Assembly (NCBI GenBank): GCA_036277075.1 | Contig: DASUNQ010000027.1 | Coordinates: 701-64,700 of the forward strand | DNA: 64,000 nucleotides | Direction: 5' to 3' | Source: Thermoanaerobaculia bacterium | GTDB lineage: Bacteria; Acidobacteriota; Thermoanaerobaculia; Multivoradales; UBA5704 | Part shown: positions 1-9,507 of the stretch, one piece after another | How the letters are laid out: each line of letters opens with the position of its first letter | How positions within the stretch are numbered: the first letter of the stretch is position 1 | The notes under the pieces: generated by a model | Database searches by the model: none | What the model was told of the DNA's origin: nothing | What the model saw: only the letters and a program-made list of their open reading frames with translations | Made by a program: the position numbers and the translations under genes

Positions 1-260
1 CCCGCGCAGCTCCGGCGGGCCAGCTAACCTCCAGCGTCTCTTTCACGTAGGGACGAGCGGGATGGGGGAGGCCCGGCGGCGTGCGCTCCCCGGAGGAACC
101 TCTGCGCAAGCGCCGGCAAGCCCGCCGCAGTCCGCGACCGACCCCGCGCGCAGCGCAGCGGAGGCGCGCGCCCCCCGCCGCAGTCTTCAAAAGCGCGCGC
201 CGTTTCCGCAGGGGAGCGCACGCCGCCGGGCCGCGCGGGGGGAAGGTTCGGCCTTCCCTC

Positions 261-3200
261 CTACGACCCCGCCTGCTTCTTCTCCCACTCTTCCCGCGAC
301 ATCCAGCTCAGCGCCTTCGCGTTCTTCTCCCGCAACGCTTCGGCCCGCCGCTCGGCCTCCTCCAACCGCTCCTCGAGCACCCCCGCCAGCTCCACCTGCG
401 ACTGCGTCGGCCGCCCCTCGTACGAGTTGACCGATCCGTACAGCAACCCGATCTTCTCGCGGAGCTGCTCCTCCCCGGAGAGCCACCCCCCCTCGCTCGT
501 CGCCACGAGCTCCTTCCGCAGCCCCGCGAGCGACGCGGCCAGCGCCTTCAGCCCCCGCTTCTGCGCCTGCGCCTCCGCGTCCGCCACCGCGTCGGCCAGA
601 TACGTCAGCCGCTCCAGCATTCCGTAGAGCCGCCAGACGAGCTTCTCCTGCGCCGCCCGGTCCTCGGCCGCGTGCCGCGAGCGCGGGTCCGCCACCAGCT
701 CCACCGTTCCCGGATACGTCTGGTCCCCCTTCACCACTTTGACCGTGTACGTCCCCAGCGGCACCCGCGGCCCCAGCATCGCGTACTGGTTCATCACCAG
801 CGAATTCGCCGGCGGCATCTTCGGCGGCTTGGCGCGCATCGGCCAGGCGACGCGGTTGAGCCCCTTCCGCTTGCCCCCCGGGAGCGTCGCGACCCGCTTG
901 CCGGCCTCGTCGTAGACCTCCACCTTGAGGTCGCCGAAGAGGTGCCGCTTTTTGAGGTAGTAGACGATCGTCGCCTGCTCCGAAGGGTTGAAGGCGACGA
1001 ACTCGTCGTCGGCGCCGAAGCTCTGGCCGGCCGACGGGATCATCGCCACCGACGGCCGCGACGAGAGGATCGCCACCTCGGAGTCCAGCGTCTCGCGCGT
1101 GAGCTGCCGCAGCGGCGTGATGTCGTCGAGGATGTAGATGCCGCGCCCGTGGGTGGCGACGATCAGGTCCGACTCCCGCGGGTGGACCACGAGGTCGCGC
1201 ACCGCCACCCGCTGGGGGAAGTTGCCGGTGAAGCGCGCCCAGCGGGCGCCGCCATCCACCGAGACGAAGAGGCCGTCCTCGGTGCCGAGGAAGAGGAGGT
1301 CGCGGTTGGCCGGGTCCTCCTCGACGACGTGGGCGTAGCCCGAGAGCGCGTCGCTACCGAGCGAGGTCCAGCTCTTGCCCGAATCGGTCGTCTTGAAGAC
1401 GTACGTCTCCATGTCGCCGCGGGCGTGGCCGTCGAAGGTGGCGTAGGCGGTCGCCGCGTCGTGCGCCGAGGCCTCGACGTGCGACACCCAGGTGCCCCGC
1501 GGCAATCCCGGCAGGGCGGGGGCGGTGTCGGTCCAGGACTTGCCGCCGTCGCGCGTCACCTGGAGCCGCCCGTCGTCGGTGCCGGCCCAGATGGTCTGCG
1601 GGTCCTTCGGCGACTCGGCGATGGTGTAGATCGTGGTGTGGTTCTCGGCCGTCGAGTTGTCGCGGGTCAGCCCGCCGGACTCGCGCTGCTTCTGCTTGGC
1701 CGGGTCGTTGGTCGTCAGGTCGGGAGAGGCCCGCTCCCAGCTGTCGCCGCGGTCGCGCGAGCGGAAGAGGAACTGCGAGCCGAGGTAGACCGTCCCCTTC
1801 TGGGTCGGCGAGAGGTGGATCGGTGTGTTCCAGTTGAAGCGCAGCTCCCGCTCCCCCTTGCGCGGCTGCGGCTTGATGTCGCGCGCCTCTCCGGTCTCGA
1901 GATTGACCCGGCCGATGTTGCCCCCCTGGTACTCGACGTAGACGTAGTCCGGATCGGCGGCGTCGCGGAAGACGTGGAAGCCGTCGCCGAAGAAGAGGTC
2001 CTTCCAGTCCTTGTTCTCGATGCCGCCCGGGGAGCGCGAGGGCCCGGTCCAGGTGCCGTTGTCCTGCAGGCCGCCGTAGACGTTGTACGGCCATTCGTCG
2101 TCGTAGCTGACCTCGTAGAACTGCGACACCGGCAGCACCTTGGCGAAGCGCCAGCGGTGCGCGCGGTCGTGCGAGACGTAGAGCCCGCCGTCGGTGCCGA
2201 GGAACATCTCGTGCGGGTTCTTGGGGTTGATCCAGAGCGCGTGGTGGTCCGGGTGGACGCCGCCGAAGCCGTGACCGGAGAAGGGGGAGTTGAACGACCT
2301 TCCACCGTCGGTCGAGATGGTGAGGGTGAGCCCCGGCTTGTAGACGTAGTCGAAGTCGGTCGGGTCGACGACGACGTGCGCGAAGTAGAAGGGGCGCGCC
2401 TGGATGTTGAACGAGGAGTTGACCTCCTCCCAGGTGTGGCCGGTGTCGTCGGAGCGGAAGAGGGCGGTCCTCTCCGACTCGACGACGGCGTAGACGACGC
2501 TCGGCCGCGAGGGCGCGACCGCCACCGCGATCCGCCCCTTCTCCCCCTTGGGCAGCCCGTTGTCGAGCTTCTTCCAGGTCTCGCCGCCGTCGCGCGACTG
2601 GTAGAGGGCGCTCCCCTTGCCGCCGGAGTGGAACGACCACGGCGTGCGCCGGAACTGCCACATCCCGGCGTAGAGGACCCGCGGGTCCTGCGGGTCGAGC
2701 GAGAGGTCGGAGCAGCCGGTCCTGCCGTCCACCGCCAGCACCCGCTTCCAGCTCTTGCCGCCGTCGGTCGTCTTGTAGACGCCGCGCTCGTCGTGGTCGT
2801 CCCAGAGGTGCCCGGTGGCGCACACCCAGACCGTCTTGCCGTCCTTCGGGTGGACGGCGATGCCGGCGATGCGCTCGGAGCTCTCGAGCCCCATCCGCTG
2901 CCAGGTCTCGCCGCCGTCGGTCGTCTTGTAGACGCCGTCGCCGACCGAGACGCTGTTGCGGGTGCAGCTTTCGCCGGTCCCCACCCAGACGGTCTTGGGG
3001 TCGCTCGGGTCGACGCGCACCGCGCCGATCGACTGCGCGTGATCGTCGAAGACGGGCTCGAAGGAGACGCCGCCGTCGACCGACTTCCAGACCCCGCCCG
3101 AGGCGGCGCCGACCCAGACCGTCACCGGGTCGTTCGCCACCGCGTCGATGGCGGCGATGCGGCCGCCCATGACCGCCGGCCCGAGGGCGCGGGCCTCGAG

Positions 3201-3347
3201 CCCGCCGAAGGTCGCGGAGTCGATCTCCGGCGGCATCGGCGCCTCGGCGGCGGCCGCGGCCGGCACCGGGTCGGGCGGCTGGGCGCGGGCGGCGCCGGCG
3301 CCGAGCGCCAGCCCGAGGGCGAGCGGGACGAGTGCGCGGCGGGCCAT
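261..3347 (-). CDS. Secreted BNR/Asp-box repeat beta-propeller protein (sortilin/Vps10-like, glycosyl-hydrolase-like), 1028 aa
   Basis: N-terminal signal peptide (MARRALVPLALGLALGAGAARAQ). At least 10 Asp-box motifs S/T-x-D-x-G-x-T/S-W (TTDGGETW, TTDGGKSW, SRDGGETW, STDGGRSF, TRDGGKSW, TTDSGKSW and others). Long ORF with coherent codon usage; the 81..3413 plus-strand ORF is its antisense shadow. Confidence 0.8.
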   Translation of the reverse strand: MARRALVPLALGLALGAGAARAQPPDPVPAAAAAEAPMPPEIDSATFGGLEARALGPAVMGGRIAAIDAVANDPVTVWVGAASGGVWKSVDGGVSFEPVFDDHAQSIGAVRVDPSDPKTVWVGTGESCTRNSVSVGDGVYKTTDGGETWQRMGLESSERIAGIAVHPKDGKTVWVCATGHLWDDHDERGVYKTTDGGKSWKRVLAVDGRTGCSDLSLDPQDPRVLYAGMWQFRRTPWSFHSGGKGSALYQSRDGGETWKKLDNGLPKGEKGRIAVAVAPSRPSVVYAVVESERTALFRSDDTGHTWEEVNSSFNIQARPFYFAHVVVDPTDFDYVYKPGLTLTISTDGGRSFNSPFSGHGFGGVHPDHHALWINPKNPHEMFLGTDGGLYVSHDRAHRWRFAKVLPVSQFYEVSYDDEWPYNVYGGLQDNGTWTGPSRSPGGIENKDWKDLFFGDGFHVFRDAADPDYVYVEYQGGNIGRVNLETGEARDIKPQPRKGERELRFNWNTPIHLSPTQKGTVYLGSQFLFRSRDRGDSWERASPDLTTNDPAKQKQRESGGLTRDNSTAENHTTIYTIAESPKDPQTIWAGTDDGRLQVTRDGGKSWTDTAPALPGLPRGTWVSHVEASAHDAATAYATFDGHARGDMETYVFKTTDSGKSWTSLGSDALSGYAHVVEEDPANRDLLFLGTEDGLFVSVDGGARWARFTGNFPQRVAVRDLVVHPRESDLIVATHGRGIYILDDITPLRQLTRETLDSEVAILSSRPSVAMIPSAGQSFGADDEFVAFNPSEQATIVYYLKKRHLFGDLKVEVYDEAGKRVATLPGGKRKGLNRVAWPMRAKPPKMPPANSLVMNQYAMLGPRVPLGTYTVKVVKGDQTYPGTVELVADPRSRHAAEDRAAQEKLVWRLYGMLERLTYLADAVADAEAQAQKRGLKALAASLAGLRKELVATSEGGWLSGEEQLREKIGLLYGSVNSYEGRPTQSQVELAGVLEERLEEAERRAEALREKNAKALSWMSREEWEKKQAGS

Positions 3348-3348
3348 G

Positions 3349-4092
3349 TCAGCTCGGCTTCGCCGCTTCCTTCGCGGGCATCGCGAAGCGGTCGGCGGCG
3401 ATCTCGGGGTTGATCTCGATTTTCTCGATGACGATCTGCTGGCTGTGCGGCATCCCCTTGGGCTTGATCGCGATCGAGTGCGCCAGCATCAGCCCGCCGA
3501 CCTCCTTGTAGTCGCCGAAGCTGGTCTCCACCTCGACCTCCTGGCCGCGGCGGTTGCTCTTGCCCTCGGCCTTGATCTCGAGGAAGGCGTCGGCGTCGAG
3601 GAAGAGGTTGACGACGTCGCCGTTCTTCTTGGTCACCTTGAGCTGGTGCGCCGGGGTGCCCTCGACGTCCGCCTTACCCACGTACTCGACCTGGTGGCCC
3701 TTCGCCTTGTAGTCGACGAGCGGGCCGTCGATGTCGGCCTGGTCCTCGATCTCCTTGAGGTCCTCGGGCGACATCTTCTCGGGGTCCTTCTTGCCCAGGA
3801 AGGGCATCACCGCCCAGCCGGTCGTGCCGTCGTAGGCCTGGATGCCGGTCATGCCCTGCATGGTGAACTCCATGCGCACGTTGTTGGGGCGTTTGAACTC
3901 GAGGGTCACCGGCATCTCCGTGCCCTGGCCCACCATCTTGCCGGTCATGCGCATGGTCTGGACGGACTGCATCTTCTCGCGCCCGCCGTGCGCCTGGATG
4001 TTCTTCTCGATCAGCTCGTCGGCGGTCTGCGCCTGGGCGAGCGAGCCCACGGCGAAGGCGGCGAGCAGACAGACGAGGTTTCTCCGCAGCAT
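3349..4092 (-). CDS. LolA-like outer-membrane lipoprotein-sorting/carrier family protein, 247 aa
   Basis: Signal peptide (LLAAFAVGSLAQAQ). The size and sequence style resemble LolA-like lipoprotein-sorting proteins. It lies 1 bp upstream of the BNR gene on the same strand, so they are probably an operon. The family assignment is from memory and not computed. Confidence 0.5.
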   Translation of the reverse strand: MLRRNLVCLLAAFAVGSLAQAQTADELIEKNIQAHGGREKMQSVQTMRMTGKMVGQGTEMPVTLEFKRPNNVRMEFTMQGMTGIQAYDGTTGWAVMPFLGKKDPEKMSPEDLKEIEDQADIDGPLVDYKAKGHQVEYVGKADVEGTPAHQLKVTKKNGDVVNLFLDADAFLEIKAEGKSNRRGQEVEVETSFGDYKEVGGLMLAHSIAIKPKGMPHSQQIVIEKIEINPEIAADRFAMPAKEAAKPS

Positions 4093-4163
4093 CGTTTTTC
4101 TCCTCTGGAAGGCTGGATTGCCGTCTACGCGTCGGACGCGTCGGAAGGCGCCGAGTTTACACT

Positions 4164-7100
4164 TTGCGCGCCATGACCAAGCTCTCTTCTCTCGACGCCC
4201 TGCTCCTCGCGGCGTTCCTCGCGCCGCTTCCCGCCGCCGCCGCCATCGACCCGTCGCTCCTCGCCGGCATGAAGGCGCGCTCGATCGGCCCCGCCGCGAT
4301 GAGCGGCCGGGTCGCCGCCGTCGAAGGCGTCCCCTCCGACCCCGGCCAGCTCTGGGTCGGGGCGGCGACCGGCGGCGTCTGGAAGTCGACCGACGGCGGC
4401 CTCACCTTCGCGCCGGTCTTCGACGACCAGCCGGTGGCGGCGATCGGCGCGGTGGCGGTGTCGCGCGTCAACCCGGCGATCGTCTGGGTGGGCACCGGCG
4501 AGGGCAACCCGCGCAACAGCGCCTCGGTGGGCAACGGCGTCTACCGCTCGCTCGACGGCGGCCGCACCTGGAAGCACCTCGGCCTCGAGGCGACCGAGCG
4601 CATCCACCGCATCCTCCTCCACCCGACCGATCCGGACACCGCCTGGGTGGCCGCCCTCGGCCGCGCCTGGGGGGAGAACCCCGAGCGCGGCGTCTTCAAG
4701 ACCACCGACGGCGGCCGCACCTGGGGGAAGGTCCTCTACGTCGACGAGCGCACCGGCGCCGCCGACCTCGCCGCCGACCCGCGCAACCCCGAGAAGCTCT
4801 TCGCCGCGATGTGGGAGTACCGGCGCTGGCCCTGGTTCTTCCGCTCCGGCGGCCCCGGCTCGGGGCTCCACGTCAGCCACGACGGCGGCGCGAGCTGGCG
4901 GCGGGCGACCGAGGCGGACGGCCTGCCGGCCGGCGACCTCGGGCGGATCGGCGTCGCCGTCGCCCCTTCCGACCCGCGCGTCGTCTACGCCCTGGTCGAG
5001 GCGGCGGAGAGCGCCCTCCTGCGCTCGGCCGACGGCGGCCGCACCTGGAAGAAGGTCAACACCAGGAAGGACGTCTCGCCGCGCCCCTTCTACTACGCCG
5101 ACCTGCGGGTGGACCCGGAGAACGCGAACCGCGTCTACCGGCTGGGCGGCGCGCTCGACGTCTCCGACGACGGCGGCAGGACCTGGGAGGCGCTGCTCGG
5201 CTGGGGGAAGGTCCACCCCGACCACCACGCCCTCTGGATCCACCCCGAGGACGGCGGCTTCATGGTCAACGGCAACGACGGCGGCATCGCGGTGACGCGC
5301 GACCGCGGGGCGTCGTGGCGCTTCGTCGGCAACCTCCCGCTCGCCCAGTTCTACCACGTGCGCGTCGACCAGGAGGTGCCCTACAACGTCTACGGCGGCC
5401 TCCAGGACAACGGCTCCTGGAAGGGGCCGAGCGCGGTGTGGGAGAACGCCGGGATGCGCAACCAGCACTGGCAGGAGGTGGCTTTCGGCGACGGCTTCGA
5501 CACCGTGCCCGACCCGCGCGACGCGATGCGCGGCTACGCCATGAGCCAGGAGGGGTACCTGGTGCGCTGGGACCTGCGCACCGGCAAGCGCAAGGACATC
5601 CGTCCGGCGGGCTCGCCCGGCGTGCCGCTGCGCTTCAACTGGAACGCCGGCATCGCCGTCGACCCCTTCGCGCCGGACACGATCTACTTCGGCAGCCAGT
5701 TCGTCCACCGCTCGACCGACCGCGGCGACACCTGGACGACGATCAGCCCCGACCTGACGACCGACCGCAAGGAGTGGCAGCGGCAGCGGGAGAGCGGCGG
5801 CCTCACGCCCGACGTCACCGGGGCCGAGAACTTCACCACGATCATCGCCCTCGCCCCTTCGCCGGTCGAGCGCGGCGTGCTCTGGGCGGGGACCGACGAC
5901 GGGCGCCTGCACGTGACCCGCGACGGCGGCGCGAGCTGGACGAGCGTCGAGAAGAACGTGAGAGGCGTGCCGGCCAACACCTGGATCCCGCACGTCCTCC
6001 CCTCGACGCACGACGCCGGCACCGCCTTCGTCGTCTTCGACGACCACCGGCGCTCGAACTGGACCCCCTACCTCTACCGCACGACCGACTACGGCCGCAC
6101 CTGGACGAGCCTGGCGACCAAGGACCTGCGCGGCTACGCCCTGGCGATCGCGCAGGACGCGGTCGACCCCGACCTCCTCTTCCTCGGCACCGAGTTCGGT
6201 CTCTGGACCTCGCTCGACGGCGGGCGGAGCTGGCTGCCCTGGCGGCACGGCGTGCCGACGGTCTCGGTCATGGACCTCGCCGTCCACCCGCGCGACCACG
6301 ACCTGGTGATCGCCACCCACGGCCGCGCGCTCTACGTCCTCGACGACCTGGCGCCGCTGCGCACGCTCTCGGCCGAGACGCTGCGGGCGCCGCTCCACCT
6401 CTTCCCGGCCTCGCCGGCGGTGCAGCATCAGGTGCGCCAGAGCGGCTCCTCGCGCTTCCCCGGCCACGGCGAGTTCGAGGCGGAGAACGAGCCCTACGGG
6501 GCGGTGCTGACCTATTCGCTCAACGTCGCCGGGCTGCCGCACCCGGACGTCGAGGTCGAGCGCGGGCGCACGGAGGAGGAGCGGGAGAAGGAGCTGGCGC
6601 GGCGGCGGCGCGAGGAGCGGGCGCCGGAGGCCGGCGAGGAGGTGCCGGCGGCGGCGGTCAAGGGTCCGCCGGCCGCGGCCGAGGAGGCCGCCCGGGCGGC
6701 GCCGGAAGGGAAGCCGGGGGAGGGGCCGCAGGTGACGATCGAGGTGCGCGACGCGGAGGGTGGGCTGGTGCGCAGCTTCAAGGGGCCGGCGAAGCTCGGC
6801 GTCAACCGCGCGGTCTGGGACCTCGCGACCGAGGCGCCGAAGTCGCCGTCGACCCAGCCGTCCTGGTGGGGCTCGGGCGGCCCCGAGGCGCTGCCGGGGA
6901 CCTACCAGGTGACGGTCAAGCTCAAGGACCACGAGTCGAGCGGCCAGGTCGAGGTCCTCCCCGACCCGCGGGTGCCCTTCGCCGCCGAGACCCGCCGCGC
7001 CAACTGGGAGGCGCAGCGGCGCGCCGGGCGGCTCCAAGAGGCCGTCGACGCCGCGGTCGAGCGGGTGCGGCGGACGCGCGCCGACCTCGACACCCTGGTG

Positions 7101-7499
7101 GCGCGCGCCAAGCCGCGGGAGAAGGAGGAGGAGAGCACCGAGGCCAAGGCCGCGCACGAGGCGCACAAGGAGCTGGCGAAGGAGGCCAAGCGGGTCAAAG
7201 ACGCGCTCGAGAAGGTGGAGCTCCGCCTTTGGCAGACCGACGAGCCGAAGGGCATCCTCCCGCCCGACGACGCCTTCTCGCAGATCCAGTACGCCCGCTT
7301 CGCCGTCGCCTCTTCCTGGGACGCTCCGACGGCGGCGCAGACGGCGTACCTGGAGCAGGCCGCGACGACGCTGGCCGGGGCGCTCGGCGATCTCAACAAG
7401 CTCTTGACCGGGGAGGTCGCGGCATTCAAGAGGCGGCTCCAGGAGACCGACCTCCGGCTCCTGCCGGAGTTGCCGCCCATCGAGGTGCAAGAGGACTAG
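4164..7499 (+). CDS. Secreted BNR/Asp-box repeat beta-propeller protein (sortilin/Vps10-like), paralog of 261..3347, 1111 aa
   Basis: Signal peptide. Asp-box motifs (STDGGLTF, SLDGGRTW, TTDGGRTW, SHDGGASW, SADGGRTW, SDDGGRTW, TRDGGASW, TTDYGRTW, SLDGGRSW). The N-terminal 600 aa are collinear with the minus-strand paralog (GGVWKSxDGG, VWVGTGE, NGVY, HPDHHALWI and others). The C-terminus is a Glu/Lys-rich coiled-coil-like tail. Confidence 0.8.
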   Translation: MRAMTKLSSLDALLLAAFLAPLPAAAAIDPSLLAGMKARSIGPAAMSGRVAAVEGVPSDPGQLWVGAATGGVWKSTDGGLTFAPVFDDQPVAAIGAVAVSRVNPAIVWVGTGEGNPRNSASVGNGVYRSLDGGRTWKHLGLEATERIHRILLHPTDPDTAWVAALGRAWGENPERGVFKTTDGGRTWGKVLYVDERTGAADLAADPRNPEKLFAAMWEYRRWPWFFRSGGPGSGLHVSHDGGASWRRATEADGLPAGDLGRIGVAVAPSDPRVVYALVEAAESALLRSADGGRTWKKVNTRKDVSPRPFYYADLRVDPENANRVYRLGGALDVSDDGGRTWEALLGWGKVHPDHHALWIHPEDGGFMVNGNDGGIAVTRDRGASWRFVGNLPLAQFYHVRVDQEVPYNVYGGLQDNGSWKGPSAVWENAGMRNQHWQEVAFGDGFDTVPDPRDAMRGYAMSQEGYLVRWDLRTGKRKDIRPAGSPGVPLRFNWNAGIAVDPFAPDTIYFGSQFVHRSTDRGDTWTTISPDLTTDRKEWQRQRESGGLTPDVTGAENFTTIIALAPSPVERGVLWAGTDDGRLHVTRDGGASWTSVEKNVRGVPANTWIPHVLPSTHDAGTAFVVFDDHRRSNWTPYLYRTTDYGRTWTSLATKDLRGYALAIAQDAVDPDLLFLGTEFGLWTSLDGGRSWLPWRHGVPTVSVMDLAVHPRDHDLVIATHGRALYVLDDLAPLRTLSAETLRAPLHLFPASPAVQHQVRQSGSSRFPGHGEFEAENEPYGAVLTYSLNVAGLPHPDVEVERGRTEEEREKELARRRREERAPEAGEEVPAAAVKGPPAAAEEAARAAPEGKPGEGPQVTIEVRDAEGGLVRSFKGPAKLGVNRAVWDLATEAPKSPSTQPSWWGSGGPEALPGTYQVTVKLKDHESSGQVEVLPDPRVPFAAETRRANWEAQRRAGRLQEAVDAAVERVRRTRADLDTLVARAKPREKEEESTEAKAAHEAHKELAKEAKRVKDALEKVELRLWQTDEPKGILPPDDAFSQIQYARFAVASSWDAPTAAQTAYLEQAATTLAGALGDLNKLLTGEVAAFKRRLQETDLRLLPELPPIEVQED

Positions 7500-7811
7500 C
7501 GGCGGGGGATCGCGCCGCAGGGGTGCGGATACACCCCGCCGCCGCGGAAATGCACGCCGCAGGCACGGAGGATCGATCCGCCGCGGCGGAGGTGCACGCC
7601 GCCGCGCCGGCGGTGCACCCCGCCGACGATGCGACGACATCCTCCGGACCTCCGGCGGCATCCGGAGGCGCGGAGGAAACATCCCGACTTCCTCCGGAGT
7701 GCATAGACGATGCAGAATGGTGTATTCTCGTGATGCCGGGAGGCACCACAGGTCCGGCGGAGTGTAGAGCAGCTGCCGGGACGTGTATTTCCACCTCCCA
7801 GGGGAGATCCG

Positions 7812-8039
7812 ATGCGCACGAACATCCATCTCGACGACGACCTGCTCGCCCGCTGTATGCGGTGCACCGGTCTCAAGACGAAGCGGGCGGTGGTGGAGGA
7901 GGGGCTGCGGGCGCTCCTGCGCCTGGACGGCCAGCGGGAGGTGCGCGACCTGCGCGGCCGCCTGCGCTGGGAGGACCGCGCGACGCCGGCGGCTCCGTCC
8001 GCCCCGCGGCCGGGGAGCGGCGATGCGGACCCTCGTTGA
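7812..8039 (+). CDS. vapB: VapB-type antitoxin (type II TA), 75 aa
   Basis: The N-terminus MRTNIHLDDDLLARCMRCTGLKTKRAVVEEGLRALL is typical of a VapB/Rv0623-like antitoxin. GGGGAGA RBS lies 5-6 nt upstream of the ATG. It overlaps the downstream PIN gene by 17 bp in a different frame. Confidence 0.7.
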   Translation: MRTNIHLDDDLLARCMRCTGLKTKRAVVEEGLRALLRLDGQREVRDLRGRLRWEDRATPAAPSAPRPGSGDADPR

Positions 8040-8436
8040 CGCCTCGGTCTGGACCGCCTACTTCAACGGCGCCCGCTCGCCCCTCGTCGATTGGCTCGAC
8101 GCCTCCCTCGGCCGCGCCGCCCTGGTCGTCGCCGACCTGACCCTCGTCGAGGTCCTCCGCGGCATCGCCGACGAGGCCGAGCAGGAGCGCGCCCGCGCCG
8201 CCCTGCTGAAGTTCTCCATCGTCGAGACCGCCGGCCGCGACCTCGCCCTCCAGGCCGCCGACTACCTCCGCGCCCTCCGCACCGCCGCCGCCCTCGAGCC
8301 CCCCCTCCCCCAAGCCCTCATCGCCACCGCCTGCCTCGCCGGCGGCCTCCAGCTCCTCCACCAGGACCCAGCCTACGAGCCGTTCGAGCAGCACCTCGGG
8401 CTGGCGACGCCCGGTGCGGTGGTGGAGGTCTGGTGA
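8023..8436 (+). CDS. vapC: VapC PIN-domain ribonuclease toxin, about 137 aa
   Basis: MRTLVDASVWTAYF...LVVADLTLVEVLRG...LIATACLAGGLQLLHQD: PIN-domain pattern with the acidic residues (D6, E, D) at the expected spacing. It directly follows and overlaps the vapB-like gene. Confidence 0.75.
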   Translation: MRTLVDASVWTAYFNGARSPLVDWLDASLGRAALVVADLTLVEVLRGIADEAEQERARAALLKFSIVETAGRDLALQAADYLRALRTAAALEPPLPQALIATACLAGGLQLLHQDPAYEPFEQHLGLATPGAVVEVW

Positions 8437-9486
8437 CTACAGCGTAAACCTGACCACCGGGCAGATGACCGGCTCGTACGACCCCCGGGGGTCTCCGAGG
8501 CGGATCGCCTCCAGCAGCCGGGAGCTGAGCTCGTCGCGGTGCACGGCGGTCCAGCCGACGCGCTCGTTCCCCGCGATGTAGGGGACGGGGCGGAGCCGGT
8601 TGGGCGGCCGCATGTTGGCGATCTCGTAGTACATCTCGAAGTGTTTGCCAGGACCCGGCGCGGAGGTGCTCGACTGCGCTTCCGCCGCGTGCGCGGCGTG
8701 TCCCTGCGGGACGTTCAGCAGCGCCAGCTCGAGCGTGTTGCCGGCGGGGCGCAGCGCGGCGGCGCGCCCCGCGCCGCCGTCCCAGCGCGACTCGCTGAGC
8801 TCCAGGACGTCGCCCTGCACGCGGATCTCGGCCGCGACCCAGTCGGTGAGCGCCTGGCGATAGCCGTTGCTCTGGTGCGCGGACTTGAGGGACCGGAAGC
8901 TCAGCGGCGGCACCTCGTCTTGCAGGCCGACGAGGCGATAGCTCGAGATCTCGCCGGCGCGCAACCGCAAGCGGGCCGCGATCAAGCCCTTCTCCGGGCG
9001 CGCCCGCAGGACGTCCGGGTCGACGGCGCCCGCCGACGGCTCGATCTTCTCCAACTCGGCGACCCAGCTGAAGTCCTTGCGCTCGGCCGCGCTCCTGGGC
9101 AGGGACTCGCCGGCCGTGCGCTGGTTGCCGAGGATGGCGAGCGGCGGGGCGGCCAGCTCGCTGCGGCCCGCCCCGAAGAGCGCGAGGTCGGAGCCGTCGA
9201 GCCGCCAGGCGGCGCCGGCGTCGATCGCCTGCGCGAGCGCGCCCTGCGCCGCGTCCTCGGCGAGGTCCGGGAAGAGGAACCTCGCGGTCTCGAGATCGGC
9301 GCCGCAGTCGCCCGTGCAACCCCCCGAGCGCGCCAGCAGCAGCGCCTTGTGGGGTTCGATGCTGGAGCCGTCCGAGACGGTGTAACCGTCCGCGGCGTCG
9401 AGCAAGAGGACGGTGATCTCGCGGCCGTCCTGGCTCGGCACGAACGCGATCAAGCCAACGAAGAAGATGCGCACGATGAAGTCCAT
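8437..9486 (-). CDS. Hypothetical secreted/membrane-anchored protein, 349 aa (co-operonic with the upstream TPR-CHAT gene)
   Basis: Hydrophobic N-terminal segment (IVRIFFVGLIAFVPSQ). GC3-rich codon usage. It starts 21 bp after the stop of the 9508..12822 gene on the same strand. I recognise no domain. Confidence 0.5.
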   Translation of the reverse strand: MDFIVRIFFVGLIAFVPSQDGREITVLLLDAADGYTVSDGSSIEPHKALLLARSGGCTGDCGADLETARFLFPDLAEDAAQGALAQAIDAGAAWRLDGSDLALFGAGRSELAAPPLAILGNQRTAGESLPRSAAERKDFSWVAELEKIEPSAGAVDPDVLRARPEKGLIAARLRLRAGEISSYRLVGLQDEVPPLSFRSLKSAHQSNGYRQALTDWVAAEIRVQGDVLELSESRWDGGAGRAAALRPAGNTLELALLNVPQGHAAHAAEAQSSTSAPGPGKHFEMYYEIANMRPPNRLRPVPYIAGNERVGWTAVHRDELSSRLLEAIRLGDPRGSYEPVICPVVRFTL

Positions 9487-9507
9487 GGGATAGCCCTCCT
9501 TGAATGG

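Noticed and set aside
81-3413. 1110-aa plus-strand ORF
   Set aside because: It is the antisense shadow of the BNR gene 261..3347. Its product is Arg/Pro/Leu-rich low-complexity sequence, which is typical of the non-coding frame in 72%-GC DNA. The same applies to 4125..7829(-), 8318..10450(-), 14203..17577(-), 17648..20005(-), 43152..51068(-) and 57104..60793(+).
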